DNA of 32,677 bases from Candidatus Methylomirabilota bacterium (GCA_046726415.1 JBKPAK010000240.1:1-32677), one strand, 5' to 3'. Positions 18,950-28,170 are shown, counted from the stretch's first letter. Numbers and translations: made by a program. The notes: generated from the sequence alone by a model not told the origin.

Positions 18950-20842
18950 TCACAACTCGATCTGGCCGCCGACCTCGAGCACCTGGGCGGTCGGGATTCG
19001 ATAGAATCCCGTCGCCCGGGCGGCATTCATGGCCATGAATGCGAACAGTTTCTCCCGCCACAACGCCATACCCGGACGCGGCGAGGCGATGAGCGTCTCG
19101 GGGCTGAGGACGTAGATGGCGACGCTCGGGTCGATCACCAGCCCCTGCCCCCGACACTGACTCACCGCCCGCGGAACGTTCGGCTGCTCGAGAAAGCCAT
19201 AGCGCGCGGTCACCCTGAAGAAGCCCAGCCCCAGGGGCTGGACCTTCAGGCGATTGCCGGCCTCGACTCGCGGCACACGCTCCGCGAGGACCGTCAAGAA
19301 CACCACATGCTCGTGCAGCGCGTTGAACACGCGCAGCAGGCGGCGGAGGGCCGCCGGGATCAGCTCGGGATGGCCGGTCATGTAGATCACGGTTCCCGGC
19401 ACGCGGGCGGGCCGGGCCGCCTCGACGTGCTGCTTCAGCTCCCCGAGGCTCATGGACTGCTCCCGGAGCCGCTCGATCAACATGCGCCGACCGGTGCGCC
19501 AGGTCGTCATAAGGAGCACGGCCCCCACGCCGACCAGGAGAGGGAACCACCCGCCATCGGCCACCTTGACGAGGTTCGCGGCGAGGAACGCCGCGTCAAT
19601 GGCCAGGAAGAAGCCCGTGAGCGCGGCCGCCAGGGGTAGGCTCCACCCCCAGAGTCGGCGCATGACCGTGAACGCGAGGATCGTGGTGATCACCATGGTC
19701 CCGGTGACGGCGACTCCATACGCGGCCGCCAGGTTGCTCGACGTCCTGAACCCGAGGACCAGCGCGACCGTCGCCACCAGCAGCCCCTGATTGACCAGCG
19801 GGATGTAGATCTGCCCGATCTCATCCTCAGAAGTGTGGATCACGCGGACGCGCGGCAGGAGCCCGAGCTGGACCGCCTGCCACGTCAGTGAGAACGCCCC
19901 GCTGATCACGGCCTGTGACGCGATGACCGTCGCCGCCGTCGCCAGCGCGACCAGCGGATACAAGGCCCACGACGGCGCCAGATGATAGAAGGGGTTCGCC
20001 GCCAGGGCGGGGTCGCGGAGCAGCAGGGCGCCCTGGCCGAAGTAGTTGAGGAGCAGCGCGGGCAGGACCACCGTGAACCAGGCGAGCCGGATGGGCCGGC
20101 GGCCGAAGTGTCCCATGTCCGCGTACAGCGCCTCGCCGCCGGTGACCACCAAGAACACCGATCCCAGCACGAGGAACCCCCGGCCTCCGTTCTCGGAGAA
20201 AAAGCGCCCCGCATGTCCCGGGTTCACCGCGGCCAGCACTTCCGGAGCTCGGGTGAGCGCGGCCAGGCCGAGGACGGCGAGGCAACAGAACCACGCGACG
20301 GTGATGGGCCCGAACAGCGCCCCTATGGCACCCGTACCCCGGCGCTGCAATGCGAAGATACCGACGAGAACGGCAACGGTCAGAGGGATCACGTACGGCC
20401 CGAAGACCGGCGTGGCCACGGTGAGGCCCTCGATGGCGCTGAGCACGGAGATGGCGGGGGTGATCATCCCGTCTCCGTAGAGGAGCGCGGCGCCGAAGAG
20501 CCCGAGGAGGAGGAGGCTGTAGGAGCCCCTGCCCTCCGTGGCCGGGGGCACCGCCAGTGCCATGAGCGCGAGGATGCCCCCCTCACCCCGGTTGTCCGCG
20601 CGCAGGATGAGCACGAGGTACTTGACCGAGACGACGAGAATGAGCGACCACATGGTGAGGGAGAGGACGCCGAGGACGTTCGCCGCGGTCGGCTCGACCG
20701 CGTGAGGGCCTCTGAAACACTCCCGGAGTGCGTACAGCGGGCTCGTCCCGATGTCCCCGTAGACAACCCCCAGCGCGGCGAGCACCAGTGTGGGCAGTGG
20801 CGATGGGCCGGGCGCGCCGCCACGGGCGCATGATGTCGTCAT
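18950..20842 (-). CDS. kup: KUP/HAK/KT potassium transporter
   Basis: LAALGVVYGDIGTSPLYA, LRADNRGEGGILAL, YGDGMITPAISVLSAIEGL, TGGEALYADMGHFG, GQIYIP, LAAAYG. Confidence 0.97.
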   Translation of the reverse strand: MTTSCARGGAPGPSPLPTLVLAALGVVYGDIGTSPLYALRECFRGPHAVEPTAANVLGVLSLTMWSLILVVSVKYLVLILRADNRGEGGILALMALAVPPATEGRGSYSLLLLGLFGAALLYGDGMITPAISVLSAIEGLTVATPVFGPYVIPLTVAVLVGIFALQRRGTGAIGALFGPITVAWFCCLAVLGLAALTRAPEVLAAVNPGHAGRFFSENGGRGFLVLGSVFLVVTGGEALYADMGHFGRRPIRLAWFTVVLPALLLNYFGQGALLLRDPALAANPFYHLAPSWALYPLVALATAATVIASQAVISGAFSLTWQAVQLGLLPRVRVIHTSEDEIGQIYIPLVNQGLLVATVALVLGFRTSSNLAAAYGVAVTGTMVITTILAFTVMRRLWGWSLPLAAALTGFFLAIDAAFLAANLVKVADGGWFPLLVGVGAVLLMTTWRTGRRMLIERLREQSMSLGELKQHVEAARPARVPGTVIYMTGHPELIPAALRRLLRVFNALHEHVVFLTVLAERVPRVEAGNRLKVQPLGLGFFRVTARYGFLEQPNVPRAVSQCRGQGLVIDPSVAIYVLSPETLIASPRPGMALWREKLFAFMAMNAARATGFYRIPTAQVLEVGGQIEL

Positions 20843-20993
20843 GTGTCGGAGGTCCTGCGGGCTACGACGGGGATGCTCGGCACGGTCGGCCTGCGCGCGC
20901 GCCGGCGGGCGGGATCGCGCTTCGGGGGGGAGCGGCGCCCTTCAGCGGCCGCCGCGGGGAGCTGCGGGCTCCCGCGCCCCCCTCGGGTGTTCG

Positions 20994-21180
20994 CTAGGTG
21001 GTGAGACCGTACGACCGGCCCGCGCTCTCACAGACGCTCTTGCGGGTGGTCTCCGGCGGCAGGTGGCTGCACTGATCGACGATGTACTTCGACGATTCAG
21101 GCCAGACACCGTCGCCGTGCGAGTAGTCGGAGCCCCACATAAGCGTATGTGCCCTCGTTATCTCGAGGTGATTCACGCCC
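20994..21180 (-). pseudogene. C-terminal remnant of an amidohydrolase_2 family protein
   Basis: LMWGSDYSHGDGVWPESSKYIVDQCSHLPPETTRKSVCESAGRSYGL matches the typical (MW)GSDYPH...ENA..YGL C-terminus; no N-terminal part. Confidence 0.75.
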
Positions 21181-21272
21181 GGCGTTGTGCCGAGGGCACC
21201 GGGTCGCCAAGACCGCTCGGTGGATCCCCTCGACCCCGACGTGCGGTACGCGCACCACCTCATCGTCGGGTT

Positions 21273-22160
21273 TCAGCACCGGGCGGGAATATTCCCTAAG
21301 TGCAATGACCTCAGATACTGCCGAAATGGCTCGCCAAGGTCTGGGCGCGACAGTGCAAACTCCACCGTAGCTTTCAGGAAACCTAGTTTGTCACCCGTAT
21401 CGTAGCGCTTACCGCAAAACTCCACGGCGAAAATGGGCCTTCGTCTTCGCAGAGCGACCAGCGCGTTCGTGAGCTGAATTTCCCCGCCAGCGTCGGGGGG
21501 CGTCTCGACCAAGATTGGAAAGATGTCAGGCGTCAGCACGTAGCGGCCGACGATCGCCATATCCGACGGAGCGGCGCTGGCGGTAGGCCTCTCGATCAGG
21601 TCAAGCACTTCATACACGTTAGCTCCGAGCGGCCTCGACCTGATCACTCCATATTGCCCGATTTCGTTGCGCCCGACTCGCATAACTGCCAAGACGGGCC
21701 CTCCCGCTTGCTCGAATACGTCCAGAAGTTGGCGCATACACGGCACAGGAGCAACGATGAGGTCATCGGCCAGGAAGACTCCAAACGGTTCTTGGCCGAC
21801 CACGGGCCCGGCACACAGGATGGCGTGCCCAAGCCCGAGCGGTTCCTTCTGGCGAACATACGCCAGCGAAGCCAGCTCGGAAATTGCCTCAATCTGGGCG
21901 AGCTCTTCGGTTTTTCCGCGTTTGTGCAGATAGTACTCGAGCTCAAAGGCGGCATCGAAATGGTCCTCGACGGCACGCTTGCTTCGGCCGGTGACGAGGG
22001 TGATGTGGTCGAGCCCCGATGCAACTGCTTCCTGCACGACGTACTGGATGATGGGGGTGTCGACGAGCGGTAGCATCTCCTTAGGCTGCGCCTTGGTGGC
22101 CGGCAAAAAGCGCGTGCCCAACCCCGCGGCCGGGAAGACGGCTCTACGAACTTGCATCAC
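21273..22160 (-). CDS. galU: UTP--glucose-1-phosphate uridylyltransferase
   Basis: RAVFPAAGLGTRFLPATKAQPKEMLPLVD, RQKEPLGLGHAILCA, GGEIQLT, YDTGDKLGFLKAT. Confidence 0.97.
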   Translation of the reverse strand: MMQVRRAVFPAAGLGTRFLPATKAQPKEMLPLVDTPIIQYVVQEAVASGLDHITLVTGRSKRAVEDHFDAAFELEYYLHKRGKTEELAQIEAISELASLAYVRQKEPLGLGHAILCAGPVVGQEPFGVFLADDLIVAPVPCMRQLLDVFEQAGGPVLAVMRVGRNEIGQYGVIRSRPLGANVYEVLDLIERPTASAAPSDMAIVGRYVLTPDIFPILVETPPDAGGEIQLTNALVALRRRRPIFAVEFCGKRYDTGDKLGFLKATVEFALSRPDLGEPFRQYLRSLHLGNIPARC

Positions 22161-22423
22161 TTCATGATAGCAGCTTACCCGCCTGCCGCCGACTTCGAGC
22201 CAAGCAACAGCGCGGACATTCGACGAGGGATCGATTGATGTGTGTCTTACTGCCGTTCCCTCGCTAAACGAGGGCCGCCGGCGAGAGCTCCTTAAGGATG
22301 TGGAGCGGAAAGACCTTCGGGCACCGATTGACCTCAGCGCGATTGGGGGGTGCCGGGAGCGCCTCGCGGGCGGGGCGCGTGTCGGTCGGCAGCCGGCACG
22401 GCCCCGGTCGCAGCCGCCCTCGA

Positions 22424-22870
22424 TCAGGCGGCCTTAACTTCGATCGTCCTCGGAGTCGCGGCGCGCGGCGCGGGGACCCTCACCACGAGCATGCCATTCG
22501 CATACTTCGCCTCCACTTGGGCGGCGTCGACGCCCTCGGGAAGGGTGACACTCCGCTGGAACGCGCCATACGGGACCTCGCGGACGAAATAGTCCTGGCC
22601 CGAGGTGTCGTGGTCGGCCTTACGCTCGCCCTTGACGGTGAGCACATTGTCCATCAAAGACACCTCGACGTCCTTCGGGTCCACGCCCGGCAACGCGAGC
22701 TGGATGATGTAGCTCCCGTCGTCGATCCGCCCCTCCGCGGCGGGGAGCCACGGCGCGGCACGCTGAACGGCCTCGTCGGCGGCGCCGTCGAAGGCCCTTC
22801 CGAGAAGGGTGTTGACGCCGTGGTGGAAATGGAACTGCCGGGTCGGGGACCAGCGAAGCATGGTGGTCAT
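22424..22870 (-). CDS. Small heat shock protein Hsp20/alpha-crystallin
   Basis: ALPGVDPKDVEVSLMDNVLTVKGERK...REVPYGAFQRSVTLPEGVD...AKYANGMLVVRVP...IEV; GAGGAG RBS. Confidence 0.95.
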   Translation of the reverse strand: MTTMLRWSPTRQFHFHHGVNTLLGRAFDGAADEAVQRAAPWLPAAEGRIDDGSYIIQLALPGVDPKDVEVSLMDNVLTVKGERKADHDTSGQDYFVREVPYGAFQRSVTLPEGVDAAQVEAKYANGMLVVRVPAPRAATPRTIEVKAA

Positions 22871-23035
22871 GATGTTCTCCTCTCTCAATAACCTCGTGTT
22901 TCACAGTCAGTCATACCAAACGATCTATATATACTCATATCACCTATTGTGGATCGTGTCAATGGCCCTTGCTGGTTACTGTTCCTCGGTGGCGGGCGTG
23001 CACTCGCTCGGCGACACGACGAGCGCGGTCCCCAT

Positions 23036-23232
23036 ATTCCGGACGACACTGGCGACCGTCGTCTCCGGCATCCCATACCAGCGAAAGATACTCGGGACTT
23101 CGTCCATCTTCGACCTGTAGGACGGCGACGGTTTCCCTTCTCTCGCGCGTACTCCGAGACGTAATGCTCTGCATCCGTGCACGCCGCCAGATAGCCCCCG
23201 AAACCCATAGCAATCGCCCCGGCCGCCACCAC
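23036..23232 (-). pseudogene. Internal frameshifted fragment of a VIT1/CCC1 (Fe/Mn transporter) family gene
   Basis: VAAGAIAMGFGGYLAACTDAEHYVSEYAREK, then in another frame DEVPSIFRWYGMPETTVASVV. Confidence 0.65.
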
Positions 23233-23377
23233 CCTGCGGGCAAGCACACGACTCGACATGAGGACGGTCCTCCCTCGAGGCTCGTCGCTCGCGCTCCTGC
23301 TACCCGCAGCCGAGCCGATGGACGTGGCGAGTATGGGTCCTGGATAATCTCGTCGCCACTGGGAGCCCCGGCTCCGG

Positions 23378-23863
23378 TCAGTTCAGCCGAGCGCGTAGGC
23401 GATGAAGCATCTTGGCTGCCCGGACATCGCCAGGCGCAAGCCGCACTGCCCCTTCCAACTCACGGAGCGCCTCCCACCAGCGCCTCTGCTGAAGATAAAT
23501 CCGCCCGAGGTTCATGAAGGGGAACTGCCGCGGCTCGTAGCGGGTGGCCTGCTTGGCCTGTTCGAGCCACGGAATCGCCTCGTCCAGCTTGTCCTGTTGC
23601 ATCAGGTAGACCCCGATGTCGTTATATGGATTGCCGAACTCGGGATCGATTTCGATCGCGCGGAGGCACTCCCGGGTGGCCTCCTCGAGTCGACCCTGGA
23701 AGCTCATGGTCCACCCCAGGAAGGTGTGCCCCTCCGCCGTCGGGTACACCTCGATGGAGCGCTGGTAGAGCTCGATCGCGCGGTCCAGCTCTCCCTTCAT
23801 CTGGTAGCCGTAGGCCTCCTGCCAGAGCTTCGTCGCCTCCTCGTGGGTCTGTCGTTCTTCCAT
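23378..23863 (-). CDS. Tetratricopeptide repeat protein
   Basis: AYGYQMKGELDRAIELYQRSIEVYPTAEGHTFLGW...AIEIDPEFGNPYNDIGVYL...FMNLGRIY; GGAG RBS before ATG 23863. Confidence 0.9.
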   Translation of the reverse strand: MEERQTHEEATKLWQEAYGYQMKGELDRAIELYQRSIEVYPTAEGHTFLGWTMSFQGRLEEATRECLRAIEIDPEFGNPYNDIGVYLMQQDKLDEAIPWLEQAKQATRYEPRQFPFMNLGRIYLQQRRWWEALRELEGAVRLAPGDVRAAKMLHRLRARLN

Positions 23864-23925
23864 GTGCCGTCTCCCCGTCAACGCGAGAGAGCTCCATCGC
23901 GATGCGCCCGCGCGTCCTGGACCAG

Positions 23926-24070
23926 TGGGCACGTCGACCAGATCGATCCGAACCTTCCCCTCCCCGACCAGCACGGACAGGAGCGATGTCGTCGCCCTCT
24001 CGGAGATGCCGAGCCGAAGCCCAATTTCAGCGGGCGCCAATGCTCCCTTGCCCGTCAGGCAGCCCAGGAT
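23926..24070 (-). pseudogene. 5'-truncated small winged-helix protein
   Basis: ILGCLTGKGALAPAEIGLRLGISERATTSLLSVLVGEGKVRIDLVDV has an HTH pattern and reads through in frame into the TPR gene. Confidence 0.6.
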
Positions 24071-24072
24071 GT

Positions 24073-24150
24073 TCCGTCATCGGTCATCGTGCCGGTCTCG
24101 ACCACAACCACCGTGCCCTCCTGGGGCTTCTCCTTCTCCGTGTCCGGGAT
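24073..24150 (-). pseudogene. groES: groES internal fragment
   Basis: IPDTEKEKPQEGTVVVVETGTMTDDG vs [26 protein letters not shown] in the intact GroES: 20/26 identical. Confidence 0.85.
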
Positions 24151-24156
24151 GCGGTC

Positions 24157-24420
24157 CTAGGCGTGAGCGGGCCAGATCTTGTGCAGGGCGACTATCACGA
24201 GAGCCGCTCCGACGAACGCGACGACGGCCGTCGCGAGCGTCGCCGTTCCTGGAGACCCGCCGCCCAGGACCGAAAAGATCACGCTCGCCGCGCTGCTCCC
24301 GGCGAGTCCGAGGATGAGGTTCCAGACCAGCCCATACCCTCCGTCCTTGATCACGAATCCGGCCAGCCAGCCGGCCAGAAGCCCAACGAGAACTGCCGTC
24401 GCGACCATCGCGAGATCCAT
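24157..24420 (-). CDS. GlsB/YeaQ/YmgE family membrane protein (cassette copy 2)
   Basis: VLVGLLAGWLAGFVIKDGGYGLVWNLILGLAGS...VVAFVGAALVIV...WPAHA; AAGGAG RBS. Confidence 0.88.
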   Translation of the reverse strand: MDLAMVATAVLVGLLAGWLAGFVIKDGGYGLVWNLILGLAGSSAASVIFSVLGGGSPGTATLATAVVAFVGAALVIVALHKIWPAHA

Positions 24421-24475
24421 GATTCTTCTCCTTTTCTGAGCGCCCTGAACTCCCGACCGCTCCTCCAGGTTTCGC

Positions 24476-24527
24476 TTGACACAGTATATATTATGTAATA
24501 AATTATACAAGACATTAAAATTATATG
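24476..24527 (+). promoter_or_regulatory. Promoter TTGACA-N17-TAAATT with a TATATA-N13-TATACA-N12-TATATG array
   Basis: TTGACA 24476-81, TAAATT 24499-504; homologous to 18059-18110. Confidence 0.7.
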
Positions 24528-24597
24528 ATGAATAGTTGATCTGCGCGCCTGGCCGTCAACCCGACGGGAGAGCTGGCCGACACGGAACGGGAGGGTG

Positions 24598-24745
24598 ATG
24601 TTCGCGCATAGGACGAGTCCTCTCATTCTCCCCCGGGACCTCCTGGACCGGGCCCGAGTCCTGGCGGGGAAGGCGACGGCCAGGTTCAAGCTCCCGGTGA
24701 GCCTGCCGAGTGTCCTCCGCCCTGCTCGCCAACGTGGAGGGCGGG
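24598..24745 (+). pseudogene. RHH-like regulator pseudogene (cassette copy 2)
   Basis: MFAHRTSPLILPRDLLDRARVLAGKATARFKLPVSL, then a ~40 bp frameshifting deletion and loss of the 3' end relative to 18204..18521. Confidence 0.85.
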
Positions 24746-24768
24746 CCGGCTTGAGCAGGCAAAAGACG

Positions 24769-25107
24769 ATGTCGAAATGGACCGGGTTGACGATCCTGGC
24801 AGGGGCGGTGGCGGTGATGGTCCCCGGCTGCTCCCAGCAGCTGTCAGGGGCGTTGATTGAGGACAAGACGACCGCGGTGATGCCAGCCTCGGTACCGGTG
24901 AAGGCCGGAATCGTCCCCCGAGAACAGCCCATCAACCTGGAGGAGTCACGGACCGAACCGAGCCTCAAGTTCTCCGGGCACGGCGCCAGCGAGGGGTTCG
25001 ACCCCGGGCAGGAGGCGAACCAGTCCCTTGAGATGGGAGTTCCCCGATGCAGCCCTGAAGGGGAAGAAGCTCAAGGAGATCCGCTTGGAGGTATTCCCCT
25101 TGGGTGA
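24769..25107 (+). pseudogene. Lipoprotein pseudogene (cassette copy 2)
   Basis: MSKWTGLTILAGAVAVMVPGCSQQ...IEDKT.AVMPASVPVKAGIV, internal deletion, QPINLEESRTEPSLKF...FDPGQEANQSL, frameshift, FPDAALKGKKLKEIRLE. Confidence 0.85.
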
Positions 25108-25154
25108 TCTTCCACTTCGCACAGAGTGCCTCGACGGGTGATCGGGAGAACACG

Positions 25155-25508
25155 ATGCAACTCATGGATGGCCTCGCGGAGCTTCGCGGGCAGGGCAGGA
25201 TGACCTGGATCGACGAGGAGCACGGATGGGTCGCTGCGCCCGAGGACATCATGAATGCTCTGTCGAGTGAGGGCTTCGAAGAATGCAAGCGCGAGATGAC
25301 CACGAGCCGGCGGGACAGCCGTCCGGCGGGCGGCGTGTGGCAGGGCATCGACCCCCGGACGGGATGCGTGGCCTCAATGATCTGGGTGAATCGTCCGACG
25401 TCTCCGGATGCCATCGTGTTCATGGCGATCAATGGCGAGTCACTCACGGGCGCCGGCGCCCCGAGCACAGACCGGGATCCATACAGGGAGGACGGAGGGG
25501 AGGCCTGA
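25155..25508 (+). CDS. Hypothetical protein, 117 aa
   Basis: GGGAG RBS; MQLMDGLAELRGQGRMTWIDEEHGWVAAPEDI...GGVWQG; GC3-rich frame. Confidence 0.7.
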   Translation: MQLMDGLAELRGQGRMTWIDEEHGWVAAPEDIMNALSSEGFEECKREMTTSRRDSRPAGGVWQGIDPRTGCVASMIWVNRPTSPDAIVFMAINGESLTGAGAPSTDRDPYREDGGEA

Positions 25509-25572
25509 TGCCGTTGGCCTCGTCCGACGGCGCGCCAACGGCAGCCGACGTAGCGACAGGTCGGGCAGCCCG

Positions 25573-26019
25573 ATGACGCGTGAACAAGGCCGCCGGCGTG
25601 CTGCGGTGCTCCTGATCCTCGCGGTGGTGCTCTGGTTTCATGCTTGGTTTCCAGCCCTCCTCGTGGTCGCGTTCGTGGTCTGGGTTCTCCTCCACAAGCG
25701 GCTGGAGGGCGATCTCGGACAAGACCTCCTTCCTCTGTGGCGGCGCGCCTGGCCGCCAGCACCCCTTGTGCTCGTTCCTCTCCTCATCGCCGCCACCACG
25801 GCGTGCTGGGTTTCAGACCAGCCGGTGTTGAGAAAGGTCATGCCGCTCACGCTCAACCTGTTCGCGCTGTCGATGATCGTGTTTGGGCACTGGTGGAAGC
25901 CCGTCCCGCACGACAGGCGGCGCGACTCAGTCCATATCGGAAATCCCGGCTACGCGCCGAGCATGAGGCCGCGTGCTCACCTATCGGATGATAGACGGCC
26001 AGGAGGTGTCCCCTCATGA
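25573..26019 (+). CDS. Hypothetical membrane protein (about 4 TM)
   Basis: Hydrophobic segments AAVLLILAVVLWFHAWFPALLVVAFVVWVLL, PLVLVPLLIAATTACWV, LTLNLFALSMIVFG. Confidence 0.6.
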   Translation: MTREQGRRRAAVLLILAVVLWFHAWFPALLVVAFVVWVLLHKRLEGDLGQDLLPLWRRAWPPAPLVLVPLLIAATTACWVSDQPVLRKVMPLTLNLFALSMIVFGHWWKPVPHDRRRDSVHIGNPGYAPSMRPRAHLSDDRRPGGVPS

Positions 26020-26435
26020 TGACGATCGTGACCCGTGTCACGTTGAAGGAAGCCAGCGCGCCCGAGTGGGATGCCGCCATGCGCGAGCGGCTCGACGCCG
26101 CTCAGCATCAGCCGGGCTGGATCGGCGCCCAGCTCCTCATTCCGCTAGAAAGCCTCAGTAAGCGCGTCCTCATTGGCACCTGGCAGACACGCGCCGACTG
26201 GGAGGCCTGGCACAAGGACCTCGCCTTCGCCGAAACGCGCAAACGGCTGGAGGGATTGGAGGCGACACCGGGGGAGGAGTGGTGGCACGAAGTTGTCTTG
26301 GACATGGGGAAAGGCGTTCGAGCACCGGGAGAGCTCAAGGGGATCACGAGGCGATTGGGGGATGCCCGGGAGCGGCTCGCCACGGCACTGATCGCCACAG
26401 GGAACCGGCTCCGTCCGGGAGCACGGCGAGCCTGA
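26016..26435 (+). CDS. Antibiotic biosynthesis monooxygenase (ABM/dimeric alpha-beta barrel) family protein
   Basis: IVTRVTLKE...QPGWIGAQLL...VLIGTWQTRADWEAWHKDLAF; GGAGG RBS. Confidence 0.85.
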   Translation: MMTIVTRVTLKEASAPEWDAAMRERLDAAQHQPGWIGAQLLIPLESLSKRVLIGTWQTRADWEAWHKDLAFAETRKRLEGLEATPGEEWWHEVVLDMGKGVRAPGELKGITRRLGDARERLATALIATGNRLRPGARRA

Positions 26436-26472
26436 CGACGTGCGGTCGACGGGGGCCAAGCGGGTGTCTCCG

Positions 26473-26600
26473 TTGCGCGACTACCTCGACGCGCTCGTGG
26501 CCCGCGGCCTCAAGGCGCCGGTGCCGTGCATCATCGACGGGCATGCCGGCCTGAGGCGCGCTGGGGAGCTGATGGGGCCGGCCGCCGCGGTGCAACGGGT
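26473..26600 (+). mobile_element. IS256-family (mutator) transposase remnant
   Basis: LRDYLDALVARGLKAPVPCIIDGHAGLRRAGELMGPAAAVQR resembles the IS256 L..RGL..P.L.I.DG..GL..A....WP.A.VQRC region. Confidence 0.75.
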
Positions 26601-26630
26601 GCCGCAACCTGGAGCGAGCAACGGCTCCTC

Positions 26631-26750
26631 GCTCCCCGCGCACCAGGGCAGACCCCTTCGGGGAGCAGGTGATCGGCTCAATCCGCCGCGAGTACCTGGC
26701 CCCACGGAACCGCCCGCGCCCGAGCAGCAACTCGTCGGCGTTCACCAACT
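26631..26750 (+). mobile_element. Integrase-core (rve_3; IS3/IS481-like) transposase remnant
   Basis: APRAPGQTP, frameshift, EQVIGSIRREYL; compare APR.PWQN..AERVIGSIRRECL. Confidence 0.65.
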
Positions 26751-26769
26751 CGGCCGGGTCGTCGATCGC

Positions 26770-28170
26770 ATGGACTGGTTCTATTCGGCCGTGTGGCTCG
26801 TCGTGCGATTCTGGCTTTGGTTCTTCTTCAAGCCCGTCGACGTCCGGCACCCCGAGCGCGTCCCGGCCGGCGGCCCGGTGCTCCTCTGCATCAACCACCC
26901 GAACAACCTGATCGATTCGCTGGTCGTGGGGGCAGCGCTCCGGAGGAAGGTCCACTACCTCGCCGCAGCGGCGCTCTTCCGCAAACCCCTGGCCGCCCGT
27001 TTCTTGCGTGCGTGCGGGGCGATCCCCGTCTACCGGAAGGGGGACGACCCGGACAAGATGGACCCGAATGGGAAAGCCTTTGCCGCCTGCTTCGAGGCGC
27101 TCAAGGGCGGCCGCCTCATTGCGATCTATCCTGAGGGCACGACGCATGCCGACGCGGGCGTCCAGCGCATCAAGAGCGGCGCGGCCCGCATCGCCCTGGG
27201 CCACGAGGCGGCCCGACCGGGCGAGCTGTCGCTCGTTGCCGTGGGGCTCACGTTCGAGGCGCGCAAATCCTTCCTCGGGCGAGTGCTCGTCTCCTTCGGG
27301 GAGCCGATCCCAGTGGCGCCGTACTTCGAGGCCTATCGGGGGGACTCGCACAAGGCGGTCGCTGCCCTGACCCTAGCGATCCAGCGGGCGATGGAGGCCG
27401 AGCTCGTCCACCTCGAGCGCATCGAGGCGACCGAACTGGTCCGCGCGGTCGAGGAGCTTTACCGGGGCGAGCTGATCAGTGAGCTGTTGGCCACGCGAGG
27501 CCTCGGTGCCTGGCAGATCGATCCCTGCCGGTTGTCCCGCGCGATCGTCGACGCCGTGAACTACTTCAAGGCGCGCGACCCCGAGCGGGTGGAGCGGCTC
27601 TGGCAACGAATCCAGAGCTACCGCGCCCTTCTGGATGAGTACCACGTGAAGGACGAAGCGGTGCAAGCGCGGCGGCGGCGGCCACTGCGCCGGGAGCGTG
27701 TTCGCCATTCGTGGGAAGCGATCCTGGGCTTCCCCTTCTTCGTCTACGGCGCCGTCGTCAACGGCCTCCCGTACCTGATCCCCCGCTGGCTGGCCCGCCG
27801 GCTGGCCAGGAAGGAAACCGATTACGCTACCGTGCGCTTCCTGACGAGTGTCGTCGCGTTCCCGCTGTTCTGGATGCTTGAGACGTGGGTGGTCGGACGG
27901 CTGACTGGGGCGGCGGGAGCCGCGATCTTCGCGCTGTCGCTGCCGCTGAGCGGTCTGATCGCGTATCGCTACCTGGTGGGTGCCAGCCGCCTGCGCAGTC
28001 GGCTCCGCCTCAGCGTCCTCGCCTTCACGCGCGAGCAGGCGGCCCGATGCCTCGTGGCCGAACGCGAGGCGATCATCGCCGAGCTCGAGCGCGCCAAGGC
28101 GGACTACCTCGCCCCGAACGTAAGCAGCCTTGACGATGCGCGCCGCCTGGCAGAGATGTCGACCCTATAG
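26770..28170 (+). CDS. Lysophospholipid/glycerol-3-phosphate acyltransferase (PlsC-like) with C-terminal TM helices
   Basis: NHPNNLID (HX4D), GAIPVYR and IYPEGT motifs. Confidence 0.9.
   Translation: MDWFYSAVWLVVRFWLWFFFKPVDVRHPERVPAGGPVLLCINHPNNLIDSLVVGAALRRKVHYLAAAALFRKPLAARFLRACGAIPVYRKGDDPDKMDPNGKAFAACFEALKGGRLIAIYPEGTTHADAGVQRIKSGAARIALGHEAARPGELSLVAVGLTFEARKSFLGRVLVSFGEPIPVAPYFEAYRGDSHKAVAALTLAIQRAMEAELVHLERIEATELVRAVEELYRGELISELLATRGLGAWQIDPCRLSRAIVDAVNYFKARDPERVERLWQRIQSYRALLDEYHVKDEAVQARRRRPLRRERVRHSWEAILGFPFFVYGAVVNGLPYLIPRWLARRLARKETDYATVRFLTSVVAFPLFWMLETWVVGRLTGAAGAAIFALSLPLSGLIAYRYLVGASRLRSRLRLSVLAFTREQAARCLVAEREAIIAELERAKADYLAPNVSSLDDARRLAEMSTL

Noticed and set aside
23378-24040. 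220 aa HTH-TPR fusion
   Set aside because: The HTH part lacks its own start and is joined to groES debris, while the TPR gene has its own RBS and ATG at 23863. It is more likely a remnant reading through.
24595-25107. 170 aa ORF as a real RHH-lipoprotein fusion protein
   Set aside because: Comparison with paralogs shows frameshifting deletions in both parts, so the open frame is fortuitous.
26440-28170. 576 aa acyltransferase with a novel N-terminal domain
   Set aside because: The first ~110 codons are IS debris; acyltransferase homology starts at 26770.
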